Assembly (NCBI GenBank): GCA_002269645.1
Contig: NIVC01000586.1
Location: 210,490-274,489 of the forward strand
From: Macrostomum lignano
Lineage: Eukaryota
DNA: 64,000 bases
Direction: 5' to 3'
The notes beneath the pieces were generated by a model. It did not search any database. It was not told where the DNA came from and saw only the letters and a program-made list of their open reading frames with translations. Positions 12,120 through 21,838 of this stretch are shown piece after piece; within the stretch, counting starts at the first letter, position 1; every line of letters begins with the position of its first letter. Position numbers and translations under genes: made by a program.

Positions 12120-12788
12120 TTCCTGGGATTCCCCTCCAGCACCCATCCCCCTGACTGCCTACCCCACAGCGTACATTGAATGTCTGGGATTCCCCTCCAG
12201 CACCCACCCCTCACTGCCTACCCCACTGCGTACATTGAGGGCCTGAGATTCCCCTCCAGCACCCACCCCTCACTGCCTACTCCACTGCGTACATTGAGTG
12301 TCTGAGATCCCCCTCAAGCACCCACCCCTCACTGCCTACCCCACTGCGTACATTGAATGTCTGGAATTCCTCTCCAGCACCCACCCCTCACTGCCTACCC
12401 CACTGCGTACATTTAATGTCTGGAATTCCTCTCCAGCACCCACCCCTCACTGCCTACCCCACTGCGTACATTGAATGTCTGGAATTCCTCTCCAGCACCC
12501 ACCCCTCACTGCCTACCCCACTGCGTACATTAAATGTCTGGAATTCCTCTCCAGCACCCACCCCTCACTGCCTACCCCACTGCGTACATTGAATGTCTGG
12601 AATTCCTCTCCAGCACCCACCCCTCACTGCCTACCCCACTGCGTACATTGAATGTCTGGAATTCCTCTCCAGCACCCACCCCTCACTGCCTACCCCACTG
12701 CGTACATTAAATGTCTGGAATTCCTCTCCAGCACCCACCCCTCACTGCCTAACCCACTGCGTACATTAAATGTCTGGGATTCCCTTCT
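12120..12788. repeat. 59-bp tandem repeat
   Basis: About 11 units of CTGGAATTCCTCTCCAGCACCCACCCCTCACTGCCTACCCCACTGCGTACATTGAATGT just upstream of paralog 2. Confidence 0.95.
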
Positions 12789-12846
12789 AGCGCAATGAGT
12801 CAAGTCTGCAATTACGCTTTTGCATGTAGCCTTTCACCACCAAACA

Positions 12847-15800
12847 ATGACGGACATTCTGCCTAGCCACTCCATCACCGGGGGCGTTTTTTCACCCCTG
12901 ACCCTGTTCGAGTCCACCATCACCAACGCGCAGATGCTGGTGGAGTCCATGGCCGAGCGGGAGCTGTTCTCCGCCCTGCGCATCATCGGCGGCCTGCACA
13001 GCCACGTTGTCCAGGTCATGGAGCCGCGCTACGGCCGCCTGTGTGAGCGCAGCGACCACCTCGCCGAGCTGGAGGCTGCCGGCCTGGATCAAAGCCACGG
13101 CTCCGCTGCCGAGGCTGCCGAAGCCACTTCATCCTCGTCGGCTGCTGCCGCTTCTAGCAGACGCTTCGCTAAGGAGGAGAAACTGCTAGGCGACACCGAC
13201 ACGGAGCAGCAGTGCACCTCCGTGCTGCGCTCCGCCCTTGGCACCATCAAGGTATTTCCTATTCACCGCGTTGTGATGTCGGCGCCTTTCCTATTATATT
13301 TGATGTCGCGGACTTTCCCATCTCCTCTGATGTCGCCGACTTTCCCATCTCCTCTGATGTCGCCGACTTTCCCATCTCTGATGTCGCCGCCTTTCCCATC
13401 TTTTTTTATGTCGCCGCCTTTCCCCACTCCTTTGATGTCGCCGCCTTTCCCCACTCCTTTGATGTCGCCGCCTTTCCCGTCTCTTTGATGTCGCCGTCAT
13501 TCTCTTCTCTTCTCTTCTGGTGCTCAACAGATGGAGAACTTTGACGCGGCCGGCGCTTCCGCCCTGCCATCCGCCGCTAACGCAAACTTCGGCGAACAGC
13601 TGGAGCCGCCGGAGATCTTGGAAGAGGACGCCGATGATGAAGACGAGGATGACGATTGCGTCATCACCGACTACTTCGACGACAGCAGCTTTGGCGCTAG
13701 CGGCATCGGCGCCTTCGGTGGCGTCGGCCCGTCGCCCGCCAAAATGCCGCGACTCGGCGGGGTCGGCGGCGGCGCAGGCGACAGCTCGATGCCGGCCGAG
13801 TGCAAGACCATCATGCGCCGGGCTTACAAAGCTCTCAAGGGCAACGGGCCGCATCTGTTTGACTTCAGCCTGCCGTGAGTCTCCTTAGCTGGCACGCCGG
13901 TTACCAGTCCCGGCCTCAGTCTGGAAACGCCTCTAGAAATCTTCGACTTTACATCAGCCAAAATGCAAACCCTGGTTAGGCTACCCTGAACAAACCCTGA
14001 GCCACCCCTGAACAAACCCTGAGCCACCCCTGAACTCAAGTCTGAGCCATTCCCTGAACTCAACCCTGAGCCACCCCTTGAACTCAACCCTGAGCCACCC
14101 CCTGAACTTAACCCTGAGCCACCCCCTGAGCTCAATCCTGAGCCACCCCCTGAACTCAACTCTGAGCCACCCCCTGAACTCAACTCTGAGCCACCCCCTG
14201 AACTCAACTCTGAGCCACCCCCTGAACTCAAATCTGAGCCACCCCCTGAACTCAACTCTGAGCCACCCCCTGATCTCAACCCTGAGCCAGCCCCTGAACT
14301 CAACCCTGAGCCACCCTTGAACTCAACCCTGAGCCAGCCCTGATCTCTGTGGACTCAAGAGCGCCGCCTCCCCCACCGCCGGCCCCACAGCTTCTCTTCG
14401 GAGCACAACCAGCGAGTTGCCACCCGCGTCACCGCCAAAGCCAAGGAGATGGCCCAGGGCAAGGGCTGGCCCGAGGACATTTGGCTGAGTGAGAAACAGT
14501 GCCGCTTTTTGTGCATTTAGATATAAAGTTTGATAAGTTGATAAATGATGTGTAGAATACAACTCTTAATTAAGATTACACTGCGTATGAAGTAGTTAAT
14601 AGAATAGATTAATCGTAAAATCTTATCTTAGTTATATTCTATTAATACTACTCGCACAGACTAGCCAAGTAGTATCTATAGGCTGCGCTAATTTGCTAAT
14701 TTTACCTGCCCTCAAGTCTGGAAACGTCGCAAGTAATTTGGGTACAAGAAATATTTAATAACTAATTTTAATCTCCTTTCAACTTGGGCTGCTTCTAATA
14801 GGTTCATGTCTGACTATTTGAGACACAATCAGAGACTTAATTATGCATTAATTATCTAATTAATTATTTGCATTATTTCTATTGCCGAACTGCCTACAGT
14901 TAGCAGGTGGTAAAGCGATGTAATGCTACTGAGACTGTTGCCTATTCGACGTTTCTTATTGGCCATTTAGAATGAGTTTTGAATAAAGCTGAACTGCTCA
15001 ACTCACACTTAGAACTGCCCTACGGCTCAAGGCTAGTCTACCTGTACCTGGATTTTCGGCAAAAGATGAGGTTTAAGCATCGATGCGTTGTAAGCTTTGC
15101 TGGTCATCTCTGTTTCTATCGGTTTTTTGTGTCACACCAGCCTCCACTGTCCTGCTTGCGATGTTCGCCCAGACTCGCGTCTTTATAACAGGCTTTGCTC
15201 AAAACAGTTTTGCCAATATGTTTCTGGCCTCCAATTTGCCCAGGGCTGCCCAAAGAGTCCAGAGTAAATCGGATTCACTGCACCTATGGAGCCCGTCTGC
15301 GCGCCAAGCACAGGCAGATTGTGAGTTCCCTCCCCCTGTGCCCTCCCCTGTACCTTGATGAGCCGCCTCTCCCCCTGTGCCTTTGATGAGCCGCCTCTCC
15401 CCTTGTGCCTTTGATAAGCCGCCTCCCTCCCCCTGTGCCTTTGATAAGCCGCCTCCCTCCCCCTGAGCCTTTGATGAGCCGCCTCTCCCCATGTGCCTTT
15501 GATCAGCCGCCTCTGCCCCTGTGCCTTTGATGAGCGGCCTCCCTTCCCCTGAGCCTTTGATAAGCCGCCTCTCCCCTGAGCCTTTGATGAGCCGCCTCTC
15601 CCCTTGTGCCTTTGATAAGCCGCCTCCCTCCCCTGAGCCTTTGATAAGCCGCCTCTCCCCTTGTGCCTTTGATAAGCCGCCTCCCTCCCCCTGAGCCTTT
15701 GATGAGCCGCCTCTCCCCCATGTGCCTTTGATCAGCCGCCTCTGCCCCTGTGCCTTTGATGAGCGGCCTCCCTTCCCCTGAGCCTTTGATAAGCCGCCTC

Positions 15801-18800
15801 TCCCCTGAGCCTTTGATGAGCCGCCTCTCCCCTTGTGCCTTTGATAAGCCGCCTCCCTCCCCCTGTGCCTTTGATAAGCCGCCTCCCTCCCCCTGAGCCT
15901 TTGATGAGCCGCCTCTCCCCACGTGCCTTTGATCAGCCGCCTCTGCCCCTGTGCCTTTGATGAGCGGCCTCCCTTCCCCTGAGCCTTTGATAAGCCGCCT
16001 CTCCCCTGAGCCTTTGATGAACCGCCTCTCCCCTTGTGCCTTTGATAAGCCGCCTCCCTCCCCTGTGCCTTTGATAAGCCGCCTCCCTCCCCCTGAGCCT
16101 TTGATGAGCCGCCTCTCCCCCATGTGCCTTTGATCAGCCGCCTCTGCCCCTGTGCCTTTGATGAGCGGCCTCCCTTCCCCTGAGCCTTTGATAAGCCGCC
16201 TCTCCCCTGAGCCTTTGATGAGCCGCCTCTCCCCTTGTGCCTTTGATAAGCCGCCTCCCTCCCCCTGTGCCTTTGATAAGCCGCCTCTCCCCTTGTGCCT
16301 TTGATAAGCCGCCTCCCTCCCCCTGAGCCTTTGATAAGCCGCCTCTCCCCTTGTGCCTTTGATGAGCCGCCTCTCCCCTTGTGCCTTTGATAAGCCGCCT
16401 CCCTCCCCTGAGCCTTTGATAAGCCGCCTCTCCCCTTGTGCCTTTGATCAGCCGCCTCTCCCCCTGTGCCTTTGATAAGCCGCCTCCCTCCCCCCTGAGC
16501 CTTTGATGTCCGCCTGTCTTTGCGCTGGGTTAAGCAAGTCAGTGATAAATAAGTCTACAATTTTACAATCAATTCGACGTTTCCCGTCTGGACAGTTGGC
16601 TAAAAACTCTCGCCTATAAGTGCACCCAGAGTCTGAGGCGATTTTCCCGCAGGACTGCCGAAAGTCGGCCGCCTGTCCGAGATTTTCTTTGTTTTCAGAA
16701 GTCAAATCCGAAACAAGCTGCGACTCGTTGTACGCAATTGTCACAGTTCCGCACTTTCTCTGTTGTGTTGGGAATTTTTCTGTCAAAAATTTTCTACGAT
16801 GCATATCGGCGTTTCCTGACTAAAGTTGAGCAGATTTGGCTTTGCGTAGCAAATTTCTACCAAAGTCGCTATCGTCTACTCACGCCAGTCAGTAGTGTAT
16901 TGAGGAGTGCTCGGCTCACTTTTTACATCTATTTTTAGATCTGCCTTCCAGCGGCAAAATCAGGAAGATGTTCACCGATTTTAGGCAGAAGATGCGCGCT
17001 AGGCTGGTGCTTGGCGTGCGTGCCCGATTTTCTCTGTTTAGGTTTTTATTTAATTTTTTGACGTTTCCCGGCTGCCTGTAAGCTCACTGCTGTGTGAGGC
17101 TTGTGCTTGCTAACACTTGACCTGACTGCCCCGCTGTTGCAGGGCTGCCACACACCGGCCGGCCGACCGCCATATTCAACGATTTTAGAAAGAAAATGCG
17201 CACCAGGTTTCGAATGGATGTTAGTGATAATTGCTTTAGGTGTTTCTATGGGGCTCTGCGAATTCCGCTTCAGTGCTGAGACGTTTCCCGACAATGGCCG
17301 GGTGCTGCAATTGTGCGAACCCCCCTGTGTCCGTCACGCCACCGACTGCCGCTTGCAGATCTGCCGCCCAAGGCCCGCCTGCTCGCCATTTTTGGCGACT
17401 TTAAAAAGAAAAGGCGATTCAAGTCCCGCTCTGATGTCAGTGCAGCTGGGTGGCTTTTCGCCTCATCTGTGTTGTCTGTTTTCCCCCATTTTTGCTTGCA
17501 CTGCCTTGGCTGGGTAGGCAGGGTAGCTAGATTGGTAGACAGACAAATTGATTGATTGACAGACAGGCAGGCAGGCAAACAAACACTAAGATAGGCAAAC
17601 AGACAGACACAGATACGCTAGCAGACCAACGCAATTGCGCGGTGCACCGTGGGGGGGGGGTGAGGCTGTACATTGCTGGCACTGTTGGGCCAGCCGCCCT
17701 TACTCGCTGTAACTTATCGCTCAGCCTGTTACAATGCCAGACGCAATGCCAGACGTTTCCTGACAACTCAGACTGTGAATTGTACAGCACACAGAATTGC
17801 CAGCAAACAGTTCCCCATCGCGCGCGTTGCAGAGCTGCCCATGAACAGCCGATTGATCTGCATATTCGCCGACTTTAGAAAGAAGATGCGCAACAGATTT
17901 CGTTCAGATGTTGGTCCGGGTTCAAAACTCGATTTCAGAGCTTTCAGGCTGCGATATGAAAATATTTGTTACATGCTATTGGAACTACTGTACTGACTGC
18001 TGATCAGTAGTCAATGCCATCATGATGTGAAAAATGTTTTCCTCTCTGATTTGCTTCTGTTTAAACTGTACTGAGCTGTCGAAAAGCCACTGCATGACCT
18101 GAGCTATGACTGAAAAGCCACTGCATGACCTGATCTATGACTGAAAAGCCACTGCATGACCTGATCTATGACTGAAAAGCCACTGCATGACCTGATCTAT
18201 GACTGAAAAGCCACTGCATGAGATCTGAGCTATGACTGAAAAGCCACTGCATGAGATCTGAGCTATGACTGAAAAGCCACCACTCTATGACCTGAGCTAT
18301 GACTGAAAAGCCACCACTCTATGACCTGAGCTATGACTGAAAAGCCACCACTCTATGACATGAGCTGTGACTGAAAAGCCACCACTCTATGACCTGAGCT
18401 ATGACTGAAAAGCCACTGTATGAAGGCTATGACTGAAATGAATCTCAAAGCAGCCAGCTCTCGCAGTCTTGCCTCGCTTCCCCCGAACTTGCAGAAGCTG
18501 AACCGCCGTCAGAAAAGTTTCGAACTCGTGGCCACCAGCCTGACCTCTGACGAGCTGGAGAAGTTCCGCGTGATCCTCACCAGGGAGTACACCAGCTCGG
18601 ATGAGGAGTGCGGCTCCGGCGGCGCCGACCAGCTGCGGGTCCGCGAGCTGTCCTGGGAGTCCGACGAGGTGAAGCGGCTGAAGCGGCAGCTGGACCAGGT
18701 GTACGCGGACAACTGCGCCACCACCAAGCAGAAGCAGCAGCTGGCCAGGTGCATCCGCGACCCCGTCCGATCGCGGTCGCAGCGGCCGCCGCCCGAGGCT

Positions 18801-18884
18801 GCGCCAAGCTGGGCTTTGAAGGCGCCGCTGCAGAAGAACCGGCCGGGAGACGGCGCTCCGCCGCCCGCCTCCGGCACCGCCTGA
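12847..18884 (+). CDS. Paralog 2 of an uncharacterised gene with a mutually exclusive exon cluster; 437 aa per isoform
   Basis: Exons are 12847-13251, 13531-13874 (donor GTGAGT, phase 2), 14391-14488 (98 nt, phase 1), one of seven 77-nt cassettes, and 18495-18884 (KLNRRQKSFELVATSL...TREYTSSDEE...WESDEVKRLKRQLD...PSWAL). The total is 1314 nt with an open frame. The N-terminus FSPLTLFESTITNAQML is shared with paralog 1. Confidence 0.88.
13985..14340. repeat. 24-bp minisatellite (CCCTGAACTCAACTCTGAGCCACC)
   Basis: About 14 tandem units in an intron of paralog 2. Confidence 0.92.
14715..14733 (+). promoter_or_regulatory. Putative docking site (AGTCTGGAAACGTCGCAAG) for the paralog 2 cassette cluster
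   Basis: Reverse-complementary to a motif found upstream of all seven cassettes. It lies about 227 nt after the donor of the 98-nt exon. Confidence 0.8.
14947..14955 (+). promoter_or_regulatory. Selector A (CGACGTTTC)
   Basis: 9/9 complementary to dock positions 14721-14729; about 58 nt before cassette A. Confidence 0.65.
15013..15089 (+). CDS. Paralog 2 cassette A (77 nt): (K)LPYGSRLVYLYLDFRQKMRFKHRCV
   Basis: CTTAG acceptor, GTAAGC donor, phase 1 to 0, homologous to B-G. Confidence 0.88.
15155..15175 (+). promoter_or_regulatory. Selector B (CTTGCGATGTTCGCCCAGACT)
   Basis: Pairs with the whole dock: 11 bp (one G-U) plus 7 bp around a 1x3 internal loop; about 69 nt before cassette B. Confidence 0.7.
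15244..15320 (+). CDS. Paralog 2 cassette B (77 nt): (R)LPKESRVNRIHCTYGARLRAKHRQI
   Basis: CCCAG acceptor, GTGAGT donor, phase 1 to 0. Confidence 0.85.
15330..16505. repeat. About 23-26-bp minisatellite (GTGCCTTTGATAAGCCGCCTCCCTCCCCCT)
   Basis: About 45 units with higher-order blocks, lying between cassettes B and C. Confidence 0.95.
16575..16588 (+). promoter_or_regulatory. Selector C (CGACGTTTCCCGTC)
   Basis: 10 contiguous bp with the dock; about 65 nt before cassette C. Confidence 0.7.
16653..16729 (+). CDS. Paralog 2 cassette C (77 nt): (R)LPKVGRLSEIFFVFRSQIRNKLRLV
   Basis: CGCAG acceptor, GTACGC donor, phase 1 to 0. Confidence 0.85.
16807..16821 (+). promoter_or_regulatory. Selector D (CGGCGTTTCCTGACT)
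   Basis: 14/15 positions pair with the dock (one G-U); about 118 nt before cassette D. Confidence 0.7.
16939..17015 (+). CDS. Paralog 2 cassette D (77 nt): (N)LPSSGKIRKMFTDFRQKMRARLVLG
   Basis: TTTTAG acceptor, GTGCGT donor, phase 1 to 0. Confidence 0.88.
17060..17073 (+). promoter_or_regulatory. Selector E (GACGTTTCCCGGCT)
   Basis: 13/14 positions pair with the dock (one G-U); about 70 nt before cassette E. Confidence 0.7.
17143..17219 (+). CDS. Paralog 2 cassette E (77 nt): (R)LPHTGRPTAIFNDFRKKMRTRFRMD
   Basis: TTGCAG acceptor, GTTAGT donor, phase 1 to 0. Confidence 0.88.
17280..17292 (+). promoter_or_regulatory. Selector F (GACGTTTCCCGAC)
   Basis: 12/13 positions pair with the dock; about 67 nt before cassette F. 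Confidence 0.72.
17359..17435 (+). CDS. Paralog 2 cassette F (77 nt): (N)LPPKARLLAIFGDFKKKRRFKSRSD
   Basis: TTGCAG acceptor, GTCAGT donor, phase 1 to 0. Confidence 0.88.
17752..17764 (+). promoter_or_regulatory. Selector G (GACGTTTCCTGAC)
   Basis: 12/13 positions pair with the dock; about 69 nt before cassette G. Confidence 0.72.
17833..17909 (+). CDS. Paralog 2 cassette G (77 nt): (K)LPMNSRLICIFADFRKKMRNRFRSD
   Basis: TTGCAG acceptor, GTTGGT donor, phase 1 to 0. Confidence 0.88.
18085..18435. repeat. 28-31-bp minisatellite (GACCTGAGCTATGACTGAAAAGCCACTGCAT)
   Basis: About 12 units in the intron before the last exon of paralog 2. Confidence 0.92.
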
Positions 18885-19789
18885 CCGCCTTCGCGAGTTA
18901 CTCCTGCTTGACCTGACTTCATCTGCCCTTCTCCGTTATCCGCTCCCATACGCCCTTACCCTCCGTTATTCGCCCGTCCATTCGCCCTTACCCTCCGTTA
19001 TCCGCCCCCTCATCCGCCCTTACCCTCCGTTATTCGCCCCTCCAGCCGCCCTTATTTTCCGTTATCCGCCACCTCATCCGCCCTTTCTCTACGTTATCCG
19101 CCCCCACCCGCCCTTACCCTCCGTTATCCGCCCCCTCATCCGCCCTTACCCTCCGTTATTCGCCCCCTCATCCGCCCTTACCCTCCGTTATTCGCCCCTC
19201 CAGCCGCCCTTTCTCTTTATCCGCCCCCTTTCTTGCCCTTGCTCTCACAGTCCCTGTTATCCGCCCCGCCTCCGCTCAGTCGCAGTTCGCAAGCGCGGAC
19301 CAGTATTCGAACCCGGGGCAACGAGTTATTGAACTGTTATTAAAAGCCGCTCTGTGCCCTCCTGTTTGCGCGTCTGCAATCCCCTGTGCCGCTGTTCAAT
19401 GTACATTGACTTGTGTTTTATTGAATATTTTCTGTTCGTGGCAGACTTTGCATTTTTATTTTTGTAAACTATTTGAGTATCAATATATTTGCTTTGTCAA
19501 TCACCCATCAATTAGCATGGACTGTTTTATTTTTCATTAATATACACCCGCGTTTAATCACAATGTCCAGGCTCTGTTGAACTGCAATTGAATGTCTTTA
19601 ACCAGGCAAATACAGAACCGCCAACGCATTAACAACTGCTTATTCAATTATCAATTGCTGTTGCGAAATGATCGAATTCTTATCGATAAATATCTTGATA
19701 AGCTGGCTGCTTTATTTTGAAAATAGATTTTTGCAATTGCATTATCAAAAATATCAGTTTAGTTTGTGGACCCTGAAATAATTGGGAAT

Positions 19790-21360
19790 CACCAAAGTGA
19801 GATCTGCAATCGTGGTGGATCCTCTAAGTGAGACCTGCAATCATGGGGGGGATCCTCACAGTGAGATCTGAAATCACGGGGGATCCTCACAGTGAGATCT
19901 GCAACCATGGGGGATCCCTAATGTGAGAGCTGCAACCATGAGGGGATCCTCACAGTGAGATCTGCATCCATGAGGGGATCCTCACAGTGAGATCTGCAAC
20001 CATGAGGGGATCCTCACAGTGAGATCTGCAATCATGGGGGATCGAAGTGAGATCTGCAATCATGGGGGATCGAAGTGAGATCTGCAATCATGGGGGATCC
20101 CCAAAGTGAGATCTGCATCCATGAGGGGATCCTCACAGTGAGATCTGCAATCATGGGGGATCCCCAAAGTGAGATCTGCATCCATGAGGGGATCCTCACA
20201 GTGAGATCTGCAATCATGGGGGATCGAAGTGAGATCTGCAATCATGGGGGATCGAAGTGAGATCTGCAATCATGGGGGATCCCCAAAGTGAGATCTGCAT
20301 CCATGAGGGGATCCTCACAGTGAGATCTGCAATCATGGGGGATCCCCAAAGTGAGATCTGCAATCATGGGGGATCCTCACAGTGAGATCTGCAATCATGG
20401 GGGATCCTCACAGTGAGATCTGCAATCATGGGGGATCCTCACAGTGAGATCTGCAATCATGGGGGATCCTCACAGTGAGATCTGCAATCATGAGGGATCC
20501 TCACAGTGAGATCTGCAATCATGGGGGATCCTCACAGTGAGATCTGCAATCACGGGGGGATCCCCAAAGTGAGATCTGCAACCATGGGGGGATCCTCACA
20601 GTGAGATCTGCAATCACGGGGGGATCCTCATAGTGAGATCTGCAATCACGGGGGATCCTCGAAGTGAGATCTGCAATCACGGGGGATCCTCGAAGTGAGA
20701 TCTGCAATCATGGGGGGATTCTTTAAGTAAGATCTGCAATCATGGGGGGATCCTCACAGTAAGATCTGCAACCATGGGGGGATCCTCACAGTGAGATCTG
20801 CAATCACGGGGGGATCCTCATAGTGAGATCTGCAATCACGGGGGATCCTCGAAGTGAGATCTGCAATCACGGGGGATCCTCACAGTGAGATCTGCAACCA
20901 TGGGGGGATCCTCACAGTGAGATCTGCAATCATGGGGGATCCCCAAAGTGAGATCTGCATCCATGGGGGGATCCTCACAGTGAGATCTGCAATCATGGGG
21001 GATCCTCACAGTGAGATCTGCAACCATGGGGGGATCCTCACAGTGAGATCTGCAATCACGGGGGATCCTCGAAGTGAGATCTGCAATCATGGGGGATCCT
21101 CACAGTAAGATCTGCAACCATGGGGGGATCCTCACAGTGAGATCTGCATCCATGGGGGGATCCTCACAGTGAGATCTGCAATCATGGGGGATCCTCACAG
21201 TGAGATCTGCAATCACGGGGGGATCCTCATAGTGAGATCTGCAATCACGGCGGATCCTCACAGTGAGATCTGCAATCACGGCGGATCCTCACAGTGAGAT
21301 CTGCAATCACGGGGGATCCCCAGAGTAAAATCTACAATCATGGGGGATCCCAAAGTGAGA
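19790..21360. repeat. About 30-bp minisatellite (GTGAGATCTGCAATCATGGGGGATCCTCACA)
   Basis: About 50 tandem variant units. Confidence 0.95.
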
Positions 21361-21838
21361 TCTTTCGGCCTCATCAATCGTCATTGGACATTCGAACTTC
21401 TGAGAACATTGAGAAGTCAGTCCTACGTTACACAATTTTAAGCGGCCCACATACAGGTTAGACGCCCCAAAGACTGTTTGCGAGCTTTGTTTGTCCAATG
21501 CTGTTTATTTAACTTTCTTCGCGCGGACTGCGAGCCCAGAGCGCTGAGTTGCGCTGCTGGGTAACTGCTGAGATGAATTTTGGCTTTGCTTGCTCACGGC
21601 TCAGCAGCGCTCAGCTTCTGCATGCGATGCAGAAGGCAAATATAATTTCTTAATTCATAGCAGCAGAGAATTGAGTACAAGCTCGAGATTTGAGCCGAGC
21701 AAATTCAAGTGTCTTCGGTGTTGCCGAGCCCCATGGCAACCTCGGAATACACAATTCGGAGTTTGAGTTTGAGTTGAAAAATACTGCGCACTGCACGGCA
21801 GCGACGGCAGAGCAGAGAAGCAGAGCAGAAGCAGCAAG

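Noticed and set aside
14680-14760. Segment starting GC TGC GCT after an AG, resembling cassette 6 of paralog 1
   Set aside because: It runs into a stop without a phase-0 donor and overlaps the docking site.
16596-16640. Possible eighth cassette in paralog 2 (LAKNSRL-like)
   Set aside because: Wrong phase after the AG, an early stop and no donor at 77 nt; at most a relic.
19790-21360. Regularly spaced repeats suggestive of a CRISPR array
   Set aside because: No unique spacers and a eukaryotic context; these are head-to-tail minisatellites, as are the other arrays.
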